Shown here in pieces: positions 1 through 9,877 of a stretch of DNA of 64,000 nucleotides. Every line of letters starts with the position of its first letter. Within the stretch, counting starts at the first letter, position 1. The stretch comes from Longimicrobiales bacterium. Its GTDB lineage: Bacteria; Gemmatimonadota; Gemmatimonadetes; Longimicrobiales; Gaopeijiaceae. The notes beneath the pieces were generated by a model. The model was given only the letters and a program-made list of their open reading frames with translations. It searched no databases and was not told where the DNA came from. The position numbers were made by a program, and so were the translations under genes. The DNA is taken from contig CBDAON010000004.1 of assembly GCA_965198065.1 (NCBI GenBank), positions 640,001 to 704,000 on the forward strand, in the 5' to 3' direction.

Positions 1-131
1 TGGAGGGCGATATCCGGCTCCTCGCCCTCATCCTGTGCGTCGATGGCCTGGAGGTAGAGGTCCAACGCCTTCGGCCACTCCTCGTTCTGCTCGTGCCGTC
101 GGGCTTCTTCTTTCAGAGATTCTCTGCTCAT
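1..131 (-). CDS. N-terminal fragment of a probable TPR-repeat protein (runs off window)
   Basis: Manual translation from ATG at 131 gives MSRESLKEEARRHEQNEEWPKALDLYLQAIDAQDEGEEPDIAL, a TPR-like helix pair. It starts 1 nt after the upstream gene's stop. Confidence 0.6.
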   Translation of the reverse strand, partial: MSRESLKEEARRHEQNEEWPKALDLYLQAIDAQDEGEEPDIAL

Positions 132-132
132 G

Positions 133-1161
133 CTATGCACCTCCCAGCGCCTCCTCGAGCCGCGCCGCCGCCGCGCGGACATCGGGAGGCGTGCGATCTC
201 CCGACGTCCGTACGGCTTCCGCCAGATCCCCGACAGCCGTCCGGCCCCTCTCCCCGAGGTGCCGTACGAGTCGTGAGGATAGGACCCGATCGGGGCTCGG
301 GTCCAGAAGCCTCAGGCGATCGGCCGCCGCGTCGAGGAGGAGACGCTCCGGGAGCATGCCGATGACCTCGGTTCCGCGCACCCTCCCTCCCGCGGATCGG
401 ACCCGTTCCTCCAGCGCGTCGAAGACCTCCAAGGGGTGCTGTGCCTCGACGTCCTCGAGATTCATCGAGATCTGCATCCGCGACTGGCTCGGCAGGACGA
501 GCGCCAACGCGCGGAGTTGGGGAAAGCCACCGTCCCGCTCCCGCATCCCCGCCGCCACCGCCTGCAGCCGTTCTCGCTCGAGTCCCTCGATCTCGATGTT
601 CCATGCCAGGAGCGGCGGCCGCGCCCCCACGCAGGTCACGCCGGCCGTGGGATGCGCGCCCGCGCGATGCCAGCCTTCCGGGAGGACGTCCGGCCGACGC
701 CCCTCCGGAAACGCGTCCAGGAGCGCCTCGAAGCCGCCGCGCCGGAGCTCGCCGAGCCCCCGACCCCGCGGGTCCGACGCCTCCCCGTAAAAATAGACGG
801 GAACGCCGACCTCCTCCGCGAGGCGGCTCCCCACCCTCAGACTCGAGACCCGGGCGTCCTCCAGGGTCAGCCCGACCAATGGAGCGAAAGGGAGGACATC
901 CAGGGCCCCGATGCGAGGGTGGACCCCTCGATGGGCCCGAAGATCGATCGCCTCCACCGCGAGGCGGGCCACGGAGACCGACGCCTCTTCCACGGCCCGA
1001 GGCGCCCCCACATACGTGAGAACGGCCCGATTGTGGTCCGGATCGGCTGACACGTCCAGGACTTCCGCGCCCGCATCCGCAACGGCCTCCTCGATACGCA
1101 CGAGGAGGGCCGGATCCCGCCCCGCGCTGAAGTTCGGCACAGCCTCCAGAACGGGCGACAT
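133..1161 (-). CDS. ftcD: Glutamate formimidoyltransferase (formiminotransferase domains only)
   Basis: Motifs LEAVPNFSAGRD, DPDHNRAVLT, HRGVHPRIGALDVLPF, HPTAG and QISMNL. Confidence 0.9.
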   Translation of the reverse strand: MSPVLEAVPNFSAGRDPALLVRIEEAVADAGAEVLDVSADPDHNRAVLTYVGAPRAVEEASVSVARLAVEAIDLRAHRGVHPRIGALDVLPFAPLVGLTLEDARVSSLRVGSRLAEEVGVPVYFYGEASDPRGRGLGELRRGGFEALLDAFPEGRRPDVLPEGWHRAGAHPTAGVTCVGARPPLLAWNIEIEGLERERLQAVAAGMRERDGGFPQLRALALVLPSQSRMQISMNLEDVEAQHPLEVFDALEERVRSAGGRVRGTEVIGMLPERLLLDAAADRLRLLDPSPDRVLSSRLVRHLGERGRTAVGDLAEAVRTSGDRTPPDVRAAAARLEEALGGA

Positions 1162-1179
1162 GGCCCGGAAGATAGCGGC

Positions 1180-4113
1180 TCAAAAGCCCTGCTGCACCCC
1201 TTGCAGGCTGCGCTGCTCGTAGTCGAAGTGAAGGTCCTGATTGGCCCGAAGGGAGATCTCGAACGTGAACGACCAGTTCCCGGTCGGGGTCTGGAAGAAG
1301 CCGAACGATGCCTGCCACTCGTGGAGGTCCCGCTGGAGCCGCACGCGCTGATCGTTGAACCGCCCTGCCTCGACGTCGTACGACGTGCTCCACTGCGCGG
1401 TCCAGTTCTGCGTGGGCGCGAAGGACATGCTGGCGCTGATCATCTGGGCCCTGGACGCGTTTCCCAGCGTAGAGGACCGCGGCCGCCGGAAGGAGTAGTT
1501 GACCTGGGTGTCCCAGCCCTCCCGGCGAGGCGGGGGTTCCGCCGAGTCCGGGCCGGAAGGGATCACCTGACCGAAGGCCGCGGGTTGTAGGTACGACTCG
1601 TCCACCCCCGTCGCGTCCGGCGGCGGCGGCTCCGGCTCGGCCCCCGGGGGGGGCGGATCGGCCCCGAAGAGCCGCGCAATGGCACGCACGATCGCCGACC
1701 GCTCGCTCAGCGAGAAGCTCATGGAGAGCTGCGAGAGTTGGGGGCGGAACTTGCGTCCTCCCTGGCCATCCTGTCCCGGCTCCTCGAAGAGGTTGTGGGA
1801 GAACGAGAGGCTCAACCCACGCAGGTAGTCCGAGCCCACGTCGTTCCGGATGGTCGTCGTCGTGAACCCGTCCAGGAAGCGTCCCGTCGAATCGGCCCGG
1901 ACCAGGTCGTAGGCGAGAGCCGTGGTCCGAAGGGAGAGGAGGTTGACGACCCGGGACGGGGGAAGCCGGGTCGCCCCACCGTCGACCGCCTCCTGGGGGA
2001 CCGAGGTCGCGGGGCCGACCGCCACTCCGCCCGTGTCCGCGCCCGGAACCCCGAGGGAATCCACCGCGGCTGCCAGGCTGTCGCCCGGAGCCGCCGGGGG
2101 GGGCTGGATCTCCGCCGCGGCCTCCTCGGTGAGCCTCGCCTCCCAGGTCTGGTTGACCCCGAACGTCATGACGCTCGAGCGGGCCAGGGCTCCGGACCCG
2201 AAGACCGCGATCTGGCGCTCGGTCGGTTGCACCTGCGGCGAGTACGACCATCTCGCGTTGGGCGTGATCTTGTGACGCACGGCCTCGAACGGTCCGAACC
2301 CGGGATAGAACCCATAGAGATCCGTGTGGAGCCCGACCCCCACGGAAACCCGCACGGGCGCGGCCGCCGCATCGGCCGCCTGAGGAATCGAGTCGAATTG
2401 GAGCAGGGTCCCCGAGAGCGTGACGTTCGGGTTCAACGTCGTCGAGCCGATGAGATGCTGCCGATAGGAGAGGCTCGTGGACCAGGTGATCCGCTCCCGC
2501 CGAACCTCGCCTCCATCGGGGACCGTAACGATCAGGGTGTCAGGGACGTCCTGAAACACGTCCCGCGCCGTCGAGACGTTCGCGCTAAGCGAGAAGTCGC
2601 CGAGCCCCAGGGAGCCACCGATACCCGCATCTGTCCGGATCTGCGACGTGCTTCTGAGGCTGAACGCGGTGTCCGGCAAGATGGAGCGGTCGAGAACCCT
2701 CCGGGTGAGCTTGGACGACCCCGACACCGAGAGGTTGTTGTACCAGCTCGCCGTTTGGGGCGGGGCGTCGAAGAGCGTCAGGGTCGAGAGGGAAGCGCTG
2801 GCCGAGGGGAGCGTCATGTCCACTCGGTCGTCGCTCAGGTACTGCTTTCGACTCGCCCCGACGTTCGCCGTGCCCCAATCGAATCGCCGGTTCAGGCTCG
2901 CATCGGAGTCGATCGTCTGAGTGGTCTCCCGGGGGTCGAACGAGTTTCGGCGCAGGAACACCGAGCTCGATACGTAGCGGCCCGAGGCCCGAAACGCGGA
3001 CCGCTCCGACATCCGCCAGTCGTGCTGCGTCGACACGGCCAGGTCGCGCTTGCCAGATTCGCTCCAGAACCGCTTGAGGTTCAGGCTGCCCGAGAGGAAC
3101 TGACGGGCCCATCGGTACCCCATCCGGGCCTCCCCCGCCGTGTAGTTGTTCGAGAACCAGTCCATGGCGACGGTGAGGTCCGTGTAGTCGGTCATGGCCC
3201 AGTAGTAACCCAGGTTCGAGATGCGGCGCTCGTACCCCGCCGACGTGCGGACAATGTCGTTCATCGAGAACACGGGTGTGAGGAGCCCGCTCGCGCGGCC
3301 GGTTCCGAGGTTCTGCGCGAGGAACGGCAGCCAGAAGACCGGCACGTCCGCGACATACATCGTGACGGATCGGGCGACGAGGACCTGCCCGCCCACCACC
3401 TTGAGCCGCGAAGCCTGGAAGAAGGTGTGGGGCTCAGGGAGCAGGCAGGACGTGAAGGCCGTCGTGCTCCCGAAGAGGAGACCCTGCTGGATCGAGTCCA
3501 GGTCGCCCCGGACGATCCACGGCCCGCCCTCGTTGTAGGTCGTCTCCGCTCCGAGCGCCGTGCCGCGCCCCTCGCCCAGGGAGTAGATGAGCACGCGGCT
3601 CGTGACTGGCTCCCCGGCGTCGCGGCTGAACTGGGTCTGGCCCATCGTGCGGATTCGGCCCACCAGGTCGTCGTACGTAATGGCCGTATCGGCCACGAGC
3701 TGTATCCCCTGTCCCGAGAACGTGGCTTCCCGAAGGCTGTCCCCCTCGAGCACGAGCGTCCGCTCGGGGACCTGGAAATCGGCGCGGATTCCCTCGTAGG
3801 TCGCTACGCTGAATCCCTGGAGCTCGAGAAGGTCCCGCATGAGCGGGTCAGCGCCCTCGGGCGCTTGAGCACGCGGCACGGGCGGGAGGCCGGCTCCCGC
3901 CTCGGCGTTCGCCGCTCCGGCCGGGCCCTGGAGAGGGTCCGGCGGCACCGTGTCCGGTTCCGCCCCCAACTCCCGGAGGCGGTCCAGGACGAACGCCCTG
4001 AGCGAGTCTGGCCGCGAGGTCGGAGCTGCAGGATCCTGGGCCCGGCCCTCGCACGGCATCACCCATACGGCGGCTACGAGCCACCAGACCGGACGTAGCC
4101 GGATCGCTCTCAC
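1180..4113 (-). CDS. lptD: Putative LPS-assembly outer membrane protein (LptD-like)
   Basis: Signal peptide, FTSC..PEPH motif, 'VPVFWLPF...GRASGLLTP', C-terminal RDLHEW and a beta-barrel pattern. GTGA overlap with tatC. Confidence 0.8.
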   Translation of the reverse strand: MRAIRLRPVWWLVAAVWVMPCEGRAQDPAAPTSRPDSLRAFVLDRLRELGAEPDTVPPDPLQGPAGAANAEAGAGLPPVPRAQAPEGADPLMRDLLELQGFSVATYEGIRADFQVPERTLVLEGDSLREATFSGQGIQLVADTAITYDDLVGRIRTMGQTQFSRDAGEPVTSRVLIYSLGEGRGTALGAETTYNEGGPWIVRGDLDSIQQGLLFGSTTAFTSCLLPEPHTFFQASRLKVVGGQVLVARSVTMYVADVPVFWLPFLAQNLGTGRASGLLTPVFSMNDIVRTSAGYERRISNLGYYWAMTDYTDLTVAMDWFSNNYTAGEARMGYRWARQFLSGSLNLKRFWSESGKRDLAVSTQHDWRMSERSAFRASGRYVSSSVFLRRNSFDPRETTQTIDSDASLNRRFDWGTANVGASRKQYLSDDRVDMTLPSASASLSTLTLFDAPPQTASWYNNLSVSGSSKLTRRVLDRSILPDTAFSLRSTSQIRTDAGIGGSLGLGDFSLSANVSTARDVFQDVPDTLIVTVPDGGEVRRERITWSTSLSYRQHLIGSTTLNPNVTLSGTLLQFDSIPQAADAAAAPVRVSVGVGLHTDLYGFYPGFGPFEAVRHKITPNARWSYSPQVQPTERQIAVFGSGALARSSVMTFGVNQTWEARLTEEAAAEIQPPPAAPGDSLAAAVDSLGVPGADTGGVAVGPATSVPQEAVDGGATRLPPSRVVNLLSLRTTALAYDLVRADSTGRFLDGFTTTTIRNDVGSDYLRGLSLSFSHNLFEEPGQDGQGGRKFRPQLSQLSMSFSLSERSAIVRAIARLFGADPPPPGAEPEPPPPDATGVDESYLQPAAFGQVIPSGPDSAEPPPRREGWDTQVNYSFRRPRSSTLGNASRAQMISASMSFAPTQNWTAQWSTSYDVEAGRFNDQRVRLQRDLHEWQASFGFFQTPTGNWSFTFEISLRANQDLHFDYEQRSLQGVQQGF

Positions 4114-4925
4114 GGGCCCTCGGCTCCGATCGTTCCCGGCGGCGGCTCTTCGATGGGCTCGAAGGCGGACTCCCGCTCGGCCCTCTGCCTCCTTCGATAG
4201 ATCATCCCCGAGAGCAAGATGCTCCCCTCGTAGAGGACCAGCATCGGACCCATCATGAGGAACGTGGAGATCAGGTCCCCGGGAGTCACCATGGAGGCGA
4301 CGATCGTAATCGCCACGATCGCGTGCCGCCGCTTGCTTCGCATTAAGCGAGGCGTGACGAGGCCGAGCGAGGAGAGGATCATGACGACGATGGGGAGCTC
4401 GAACACGACGCCGAAGGCAAGCAAGAGGCGGGTCACGAAGCCCAGGTACTGGCCGACCTCAATCGTCGCTACCAGGTACTCCGGCTGAAAGCTCACCCCC
4501 CAGACCAGGGCGAGGGGGAGGACAAGAAAGTACGCCATCGCCACGCCGGCGGCAAAGAGCACGAGGCCGAAGTAGAGGCTCGGCACGATCACCCGCCTCT
4601 CCTTGGAACTGAGCCCCGGTGAGAGGAACCCCCAGACCTCGCGCACGACCAGGGGGAACGCGAGGATCAGCCCCACCACCAGCGCCAGCTTCAGGGTGAC
4701 GAAGAACGGGGTCATGGGATGGAAGAACGCGAGCCCGTCCTCGCTGAGGATCTCGCGGCTCGGCAGGATCAGCAGCTCGAGGACCCCAAACTGCTGGACG
4801 ACGACGAACCCCAGGACCGCACCAGCGAGGATCGCCCCGAGCGAGCGCAGGATGCGCCACCTCAGCTCCTCGAGGTGTTCGAGGAAGGGCATCTCTCCCA
4901 GCGGGTTCCGGGCTCGGCGGGCCAT
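4110..4925 (-). CDS. tatC: Twin-arginine translocase subunit TatC
   Basis: EMPFLEHLEELRWR, FELP, RRHAIV, TPGD and LYE motifs; about 6 TM segments. Confidence 0.97.
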   Translation of the reverse strand: MARRARNPLGEMPFLEHLEELRWRILRSLGAILAGAVLGFVVVQQFGVLELLILPSREILSEDGLAFFHPMTPFFVTLKLALVVGLILAFPLVVREVWGFLSPGLSSKERRVIVPSLYFGLVLFAAGVAMAYFLVLPLALVWGVSFQPEYLVATIEVGQYLGFVTRLLLAFGVVFELPIVVMILSSLGLVTPRLMRSKRRHAIVAITIVASMVTPGDLISTFLMMGPMLVLYEGSILLSGMIYRRRQRAERESAFEPIEEPPPGTIGAEGP

Positions 4926-4956
4926 CGAAGTCGGGGGTGGAGTTCTGTACGGAGCG

Positions 4957-5457
4957 TCACCAGAGGGGGAGCTCGGACTGGTGCAGCTGCTGGAGCTCCC
5001 GCTGGCCGCGCTCCTTCATCTCACGGACGAACTCTTGGAACTCATCCTCACCCTGGAAGTCTCGATACACCGAAGCGAAGCGAACGTAGGCAACACGGTC
5101 AATGGGCTTGAGCCGCTCCATGACCAACTCGCCGATGAGCTGGCTCGGAATCTCGAGCCCGGTCTCCTTCGAGAGAGCGTCCTCGATCTCGTCCGTGATG
5201 GCCTCCACCTGCGCAAGCGAGACCGGTCGCTTGGCGCACGCCGTGCGGATGGCTCTGACGAGCTTCTCGCGGTCGAACTCCTCGGAGCTTCCGCCCTGCT
5301 TGAGGACCTGAATGGGCCGTTCCTCGACGTACTCGTAGGTCGTGAAGCGTGACCGACAGGTGAGGCACTCCCGCCGGCGACGCACGGCTCTGCCGCCACG
5401 ACTGGCGCGGGTATCGACGACCCGGTTCTCCGAGGAGTCACAGCGAGGGCAGCGCAT
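4957..5457 (-). CDS. nrdR: Transcriptional repressor NrdR
   Basis: MRCPRC...RRRREC..C..RFTTYE zinc ribbon plus ATP cone ending VAYVRFASVY. Confidence 0.97.
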   Translation of the reverse strand: MRCPRCDSSENRVVDTRASRGGRAVRRRRECLTCRSRFTTYEYVEERPIQVLKQGGSSEEFDREKLVRAIRTACAKRPVSLAQVEAITDEIEDALSKETGLEIPSQLIGELVMERLKPIDRVAYVRFASVYRDFQGEDEFQEFVREMKERGQRELQQLHQSELPLW

Positions 5458-5484
5458 GACCCCCTATGCTGGTTGGGCGACGCC

Positions 5485-6243
5485 CTACTGAAGGTCGCTG
5501 AGCGCCGACCTCGCCAGCTCGGCCGTGCCGCTCTCGGGCCACGTGTTCACGACCACTTCGAGGTGGCGCTCGGCCTCGGCCCGGTCTCCCATCTCCAGGT
5601 GGAGCAGCGCGGCACGGTAGTGGGCGTCGGGTACCTTGTCGGCGGTGGGATGGTACTCGGGGATCTCCAGGAACGCCGCGATCGCCTGCTCCCCCTCCCC
5701 CTCCTCCACCAGGATCTCGGCCAGGAAGAACCGGGCCTCCGCAGCGAGAGGATCGTTCGGATGGAGGTTCACGACGTCCTGGAACGCGATCCGCGCGGAC
5801 GAGTACACGCCACGACGGAACGCGGTCACGCCGGCCTGATAGAGCTCGTCGGCCGAGCTCGTCGCCCCCTGGGAGCCCACCGGCTGGACGCCGACGGCCT
5901 GGAAGCTCTGCTGCCGCCGGTCGCGTTCCATCTGGTCGCGGAGGCTCGCGAGCTGCTGCTGCGACACGCCCTGGAGCTCCTGGAGCAAGAGGATGTTCTC
6001 CTCGAGTGTCGCGAGACGGCGGGCCGTCTCCGCACGCGCCTCCTGCTGCGCCTCGAGGAGCATCGCGAGCGTCGCCTGGACCTCCCGCTGCTCTCGCTGG
6101 AGCTCCCGGATCAGGGCCTGCTGCTGCGCGTACAGCTCCTGCTGGTTCGCCCCTATGTCCTGTACGTCGCGCTTGGTCGCAAAGCAACCGGCGAGAACGG
6201 GGATCAGCAGGATGGAAAGAAGGGGGGAGAGGCGCCTTTGCAT
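5485..6243 (-). CDS. cpoB: Tol-Pal associated TPR lipoprotein (CpoB/YbgF)
   Basis: Lipobox LAGC, coiled coil, TPRs with HP..DKVPDA; directly downstream of pal. Start trimmed to MQRRLS. Confidence 0.85.
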   Translation of the reverse strand: MQRRLSPLLSILLIPVLAGCFATKRDVQDIGANQQELYAQQQALIRELQREQREVQATLAMLLEAQQEARAETARRLATLEENILLLQELQGVSQQQLASLRDQMERDRRQQSFQAVGVQPVGSQGATSSADELYQAGVTAFRRGVYSSARIAFQDVVNLHPNDPLAAEARFFLAEILVEEGEGEQAIAAFLEIPEYHPTADKVPDAHYRAALLHLEMGDRAEAERHLEVVVNTWPESGTAELARSALSDLQ

Positions 6244-6440
6244 AGTTCCCCGTACGTGCGGGACCGGAAACGGACGACTTTCCTGCACGGGCTACACCGG
6301 CCGGGGAACGAGGGGTCCACCCGGCCGGCGCGGTGCCGGGCTCGACCCTCGAGCCTAATAGGCAGGTCGAGGAGCGCCAACGACGGAGATGGCCCGGTTG
6401 CCGCCGTAATCCGAAGGGCGCCCCCGCTTTCAGCGACCTG

Positions 6441-7016
6441 TCAAGGTTGGATCGCGTTCGCCCCCGCTGTGATGATGAACTCGTCCCTCCGGTTCTGCGC
6501 CCAGGCCGTCTCGTCGCTCCGGGCGACGAGCGGGCGCTCCTCCCCGAACGAGGTGATCGTCAAGCGGCCCGCTGCGATGCCATTCTGAACGTAGAAGTCC
6601 ACCACCGCCTGCGCGCGCCGGTTCCCGAGCGCGAGGTTGTACTCGTTCGAGCCACGCTCGTCGCAATGTCCCTCGATCCGGAGCTGAACCTGCGGGCTCG
6701 CCCGGAGGATCGGGAGCTTCTGGTTCAGGATCTGGAGGGCCGCGGGCGTCAGGTCCGACTGGTCGTACTCGAAGTTCACGCGCTGTTCGAGGATCTGCCG
6801 GTTCTGCGCGATCGCCGCTTGGCGCTGCGTTGCCGCCGCGGCGGCCGCCTCCTGGGCCCTGCGCACCGAGTCCTCATACGCCCGGAGCGAATCCAGGTTC
6901 GGGCCCGGCGCCTGCGCGGGTGCGGGTGGGGGCGGCGGGGGCGCTTCGCGGCGGCATGCCGCCACGGTCAGGCCCGTCAATAGGACGGGCACTATGAAGA
7001 GGCGGGTGCGGATCAT
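6441..7016 (-). CDS. pal: Peptidoglycan-associated lipoprotein Pal
   Basis: Lipobox VAAC; OmpA-like motifs IEGHCDERGSNEYNLALGNRRA and AQNRR. AGGAG precedes MIRTR. Confidence 0.95.
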   Translation of the reverse strand: MIRTRLFIVPVLLTGLTVAACRREAPPPPPPAPAQAPGPNLDSLRAYEDSVRRAQEAAAAAATQRQAAIAQNRQILEQRVNFEYDQSDLTPAALQILNQKLPILRASPQVQLRIEGHCDERGSNEYNLALGNRRAQAVVDFYVQNGIAAGRLTITSFGEERPLVARSDETAWAQNRRDEFIITAGANAIQP

Positions 7017-7219
7017 CGGTGCTCCTGGCAAGGATTTGTTGACGGGGCCCAACGCATCAGGAAATTCAGGTCTCGCTGGGACACGGCGCGCTTCGGTCCC
7101 TCTACGGTTCGGGCGACCTTTCCCCGGGCCGCACACCGGAGCAAGCTCAGACCTTCATATACGGCGACTGTCCGCGCCGCGCAACGGCGTTCGCTTGTCA
7201 CGAACAATTTTCGTCCCGG

Positions 7220-8605
7220 TCAGCGAAGCGACAGAGGGGGGGACCAGGCCGGGTTGTTCGGACGGATCCCGGAGACGATGGTCCGCGTGTTTCCGGTCAC
7301 CACGTCCGTGATGAACAGGCCATAGCCCCACAAACGGGCGCCCACGTAAACCAGGTGGCGCCCATCCGGAGCCCAGCTCGGGTCCTCGTTCACGCCGTCG
7401 AACGTGTGCCGAACGAGTCGGACGGGGCGGCCGCGCTCGTCGAGCTCGTGGACCAGGATCTGGTGCTCGCCGCGGCGTTCCACACGACCGTGGTATGCGA
7501 TTCGATTGCCCCGGGCCGACCAATCCGGGGACGTATAATATCCCGGTCTCTGATACTCGTAGGGGGACAGAAGGTCTGGGCGGGGCGATCCCTCGGACGG
7601 CATGATGTAGATCTGCGGTGCTCCGATTCCAAGTCGGTCGGAATTGAAGACGATCCGGGCGCCGTCCGGGGAGAGCGTCGGCGACAGATCGTCGCTGCGC
7701 CCCTCCGCGACCGTGGCGAAGCAGCACTCCCGGACGATGTTGTAGCGATAAATGCCGTTCCGACTTCCGGAGTTGATCGCGAAGTAGAGCTGGTCCCCGT
7801 CCGGATGATAGGACGGCGTGATGTAGAGACCCGGGCGGTTGGCGGGGACGACTCTTTCGACTCCGGTGGCGAGGTTCACCTCATAGATCCGGGGGATGCC
7901 GTCGTCCTTGTACGAGGCGAACGCGATCCGCGTCCCGTCCGGCGACCAGCTGGGCGACATCGTGATCGGCTCGCCCAACGCGGCCGCTTGATGGCGGGTG
8001 AGGGGGCCGAGATTCTCGCCGTCGGCATCGATGACCCAGAGGTTCTGGCTCCCGTCATCCATGGGCCGGGAGAACGCGATCCGGGTCGCCGCCATCCCTG
8101 GCTCGCCGAACGCCCATTCGACGATCGCGTCGGAGGCCAGGTGGGCCGCCAGCCTGAAGTCCGGGGACTCTGGGGCCGGGATCTGGAAGCGACCCCGCTC
8201 CACCACCTCCCGGTACACGACGTCGTGGAGCTCGAGAAGGAGGATCGCGTCCGCCCCAGCTCCCTCGAGCCGCCCCGCGATCAGCCACGTCGCACGAAGC
8301 TCATCCCATAGGCTGTAGTCCACCTCGTCTGGGACGAGCGCCCCGGGGAGGCCCGGAATGACGTTGAAGCGATTCGAGTAGCCGAGATCCCGAGCAATGA
8401 TATTCTCGACCTGACCCGCCTGCGGACCGGCCCCGGGGGGCGCTGAGAAAGGCTGGATCCCGAGGGCCGGCAGGGGGCGGGTCTCGTAGATAAGCCCAAG
8501 GCTCACCCCCGGCCACGCTTCCTCGACCTGCTGAGCGACGAGGGGCGCGGTGGTCCCGACCAGCCCGATCGCGACGACGGAGAGAACGTGGCGGACAGAG
8601 CTCAT
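7220..8605 (-). CDS. tolB: TolB family beta-propeller protein
   Basis: Signal peptide, TolB-N-like region and PD40 repeats (SPSWSPDG, PSWAPDG); tol-pal context. Confidence 0.9.
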   Translation of the reverse strand: MSSVRHVLSVVAIGLVGTTAPLVAQQVEEAWPGVSLGLIYETRPLPALGIQPFSAPPGAGPQAGQVENIIARDLGYSNRFNVIPGLPGALVPDEVDYSLWDELRATWLIAGRLEGAGADAILLLELHDVVYREVVERGRFQIPAPESPDFRLAAHLASDAIVEWAFGEPGMAATRIAFSRPMDDGSQNLWVIDADGENLGPLTRHQAAALGEPITMSPSWSPDGTRIAFASYKDDGIPRIYEVNLATGVERVVPANRPGLYITPSYHPDGDQLYFAINSGSRNGIYRYNIVRECCFATVAEGRSDDLSPTLSPDGARIVFNSDRLGIGAPQIYIMPSEGSPRPDLLSPYEYQRPGYYTSPDWSARGNRIAYHGRVERRGEHQILVHELDERGRPVRLVRHTFDGVNEDPSWAPDGRHLVYVGARLWGYGLFITDVVTGNTRTIVSGIRPNNPAWSPPLSLR

Positions 8606-8660
8606 GGCGACTCTCCTGCGGCGCCCCGCACGGGCAGGCCGCGTGCACATCGGGTCGTCG

Positions 8661-9377
8661 TCATTCGCCGCCGGCGCGGACTGGACCGAACGTGAACTGC
8701 ACCGGCAAGACGTCCAACGGCATGTCGTCAGGAAGCGGGCCGAGCCGGTCCATCCCCGCGCACTCCACCGCGCCGGCCGCTTCGATGTCGAACGACGCGC
8801 TTCCGGAGCGCTGGAAGAGGCGGATGGTCGAGCCGGGGACCCGGCCGTCCCCTTGGATCTCGAAGCGGATCACGGCTCCGAACGTCGCCGGGCCGTTCCA
8901 GCGGAAGCAGCGATCGATCTCAGAGACGATCCGCTGATAGTACTCGGGGAAGTCGCGTCGAAGCCCTTCCATCCGGACAGCCATCGCGGCCGCCGAGGTC
9001 GTCTCGTCCATCACGGGCGCCTCCGGCGTCGGCGCGGGCTCGGGCGTCGGCGGGGGCTCGGGTTCGGGCGGCGGTTCCGGCTCCGGAGTCGGCTCCGGCT
9101 CGGGATCTGGCGGCGGGAGGTCTGGGACGGGCTCGGGCTGCGGCCCCGGTGGCGCGTCGGTGCGTTCCACCACGACGGGCTCGGGAACGGAGACCGGCTC
9201 CTCGATCGGCGCCTCCTCCCCGAGGCTCACGATCGTCATCTCGTACGCCACGTACTCGTACGGCTCGACCTCGGCGCGCTCGCCCCACCATACCGCCGCG
9301 AGGAACACGAGGTGCACGGCGACGGACGCCAGAACCGGTCCCCTGCCCGGTCTTCGCGGATAGTGACGAGTGTCCAT
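8661..9377 (-). CDS. TonB/TolA-family energy transducer
   Basis: N-terminal TM with SxxxH (SVAVH), Pro/Glu-rich linker and C-terminal SGSASFD..A..AV domain; sits in the tolA position. Confidence 0.8.
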   Translation of the reverse strand: MDTRHYPRRPGRGPVLASVAVHLVFLAAVWWGERAEVEPYEYVAYEMTIVSLGEEAPIEEPVSVPEPVVVERTDAPPGPQPEPVPDLPPPDPEPEPTPEPEPPPEPEPPPTPEPAPTPEAPVMDETTSAAAMAVRMEGLRRDFPEYYQRIVSEIDRCFRWNGPATFGAVIRFEIQGDGRVPGSTIRLFQRSGSASFDIEAAGAVECAGMDRLGPLPDDMPLDVLPVQFTFGPVRAGGE

Positions 9378-9433
9378 GCCCTTCCTCGTACCCGAAAAAC
9401 GTGGCTAGGGTCGTTCGCCTAGCGAGTCCAGCC

Positions 9434-9877
9434 TCAGGGGATCGGCTCGATCGGATCGCCCACCAGCCCCACGGACGCTCCGGCCTCCGACGCCACCCGA
9501 TAGATCGTCGCGATCACCGGAAGCATCGTCCCGTAGAACGCCCCGGCGTCCCCCCGGATCAGAACCGTGGACGGCCGCCCGATCTCGAACAGCTGGGGGA
9601 AGATCTCGTCGAACTCCTCCGCCGGCACGGGCGTCTCGCCGATCAGGATAGACTCGTCCTCCAGGACCGTCACGAGGAACGGGTCCTCCTGCGTCGTGAT
9701 GGGGCGGACCTGCGCGCGGGGGAGCCGCACCTCCACACCGCCCTGCATGATCGGCGCGGTGATAATGAAGATAACGAGCAGCGTGAACGCGATGTCGATC
9801 AGGGACGTGACGTTGATCTCCGCGCTCACGTGGAGATTGTCCCTGGCGGCACCGCGCCGTCCGCGCGCGAGGCTCAA
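9434..9877 (-). CDS. tolR: TolR/ExbD biopolymer transport protein
   Basis: EINVTSLIDIAFTLLVIFIITAP motif. TTG start overlaps the tolQ stop. Confidence 0.9.
   Translation of the reverse strand: MSLARGRRGAARDNLHVSAEINVTSLIDIAFTLLVIFIITAPIMQGGVEVRLPRAQVRPITTQEDPFLVTVLEDESILIGETPVPAEEFDEIFPQLFEIGRPSTVLIRGDAGAFYGTMLPVIATIYRVASEAGASVGLVGDPIEPIP

Noticed and set aside
9020..9190. Repetitive ggctcggg/ggctccgg units
   Set aside because: They encode the Pro-Glu linker of the TonB/TolA-like protein and are not an independent DNA repeat.
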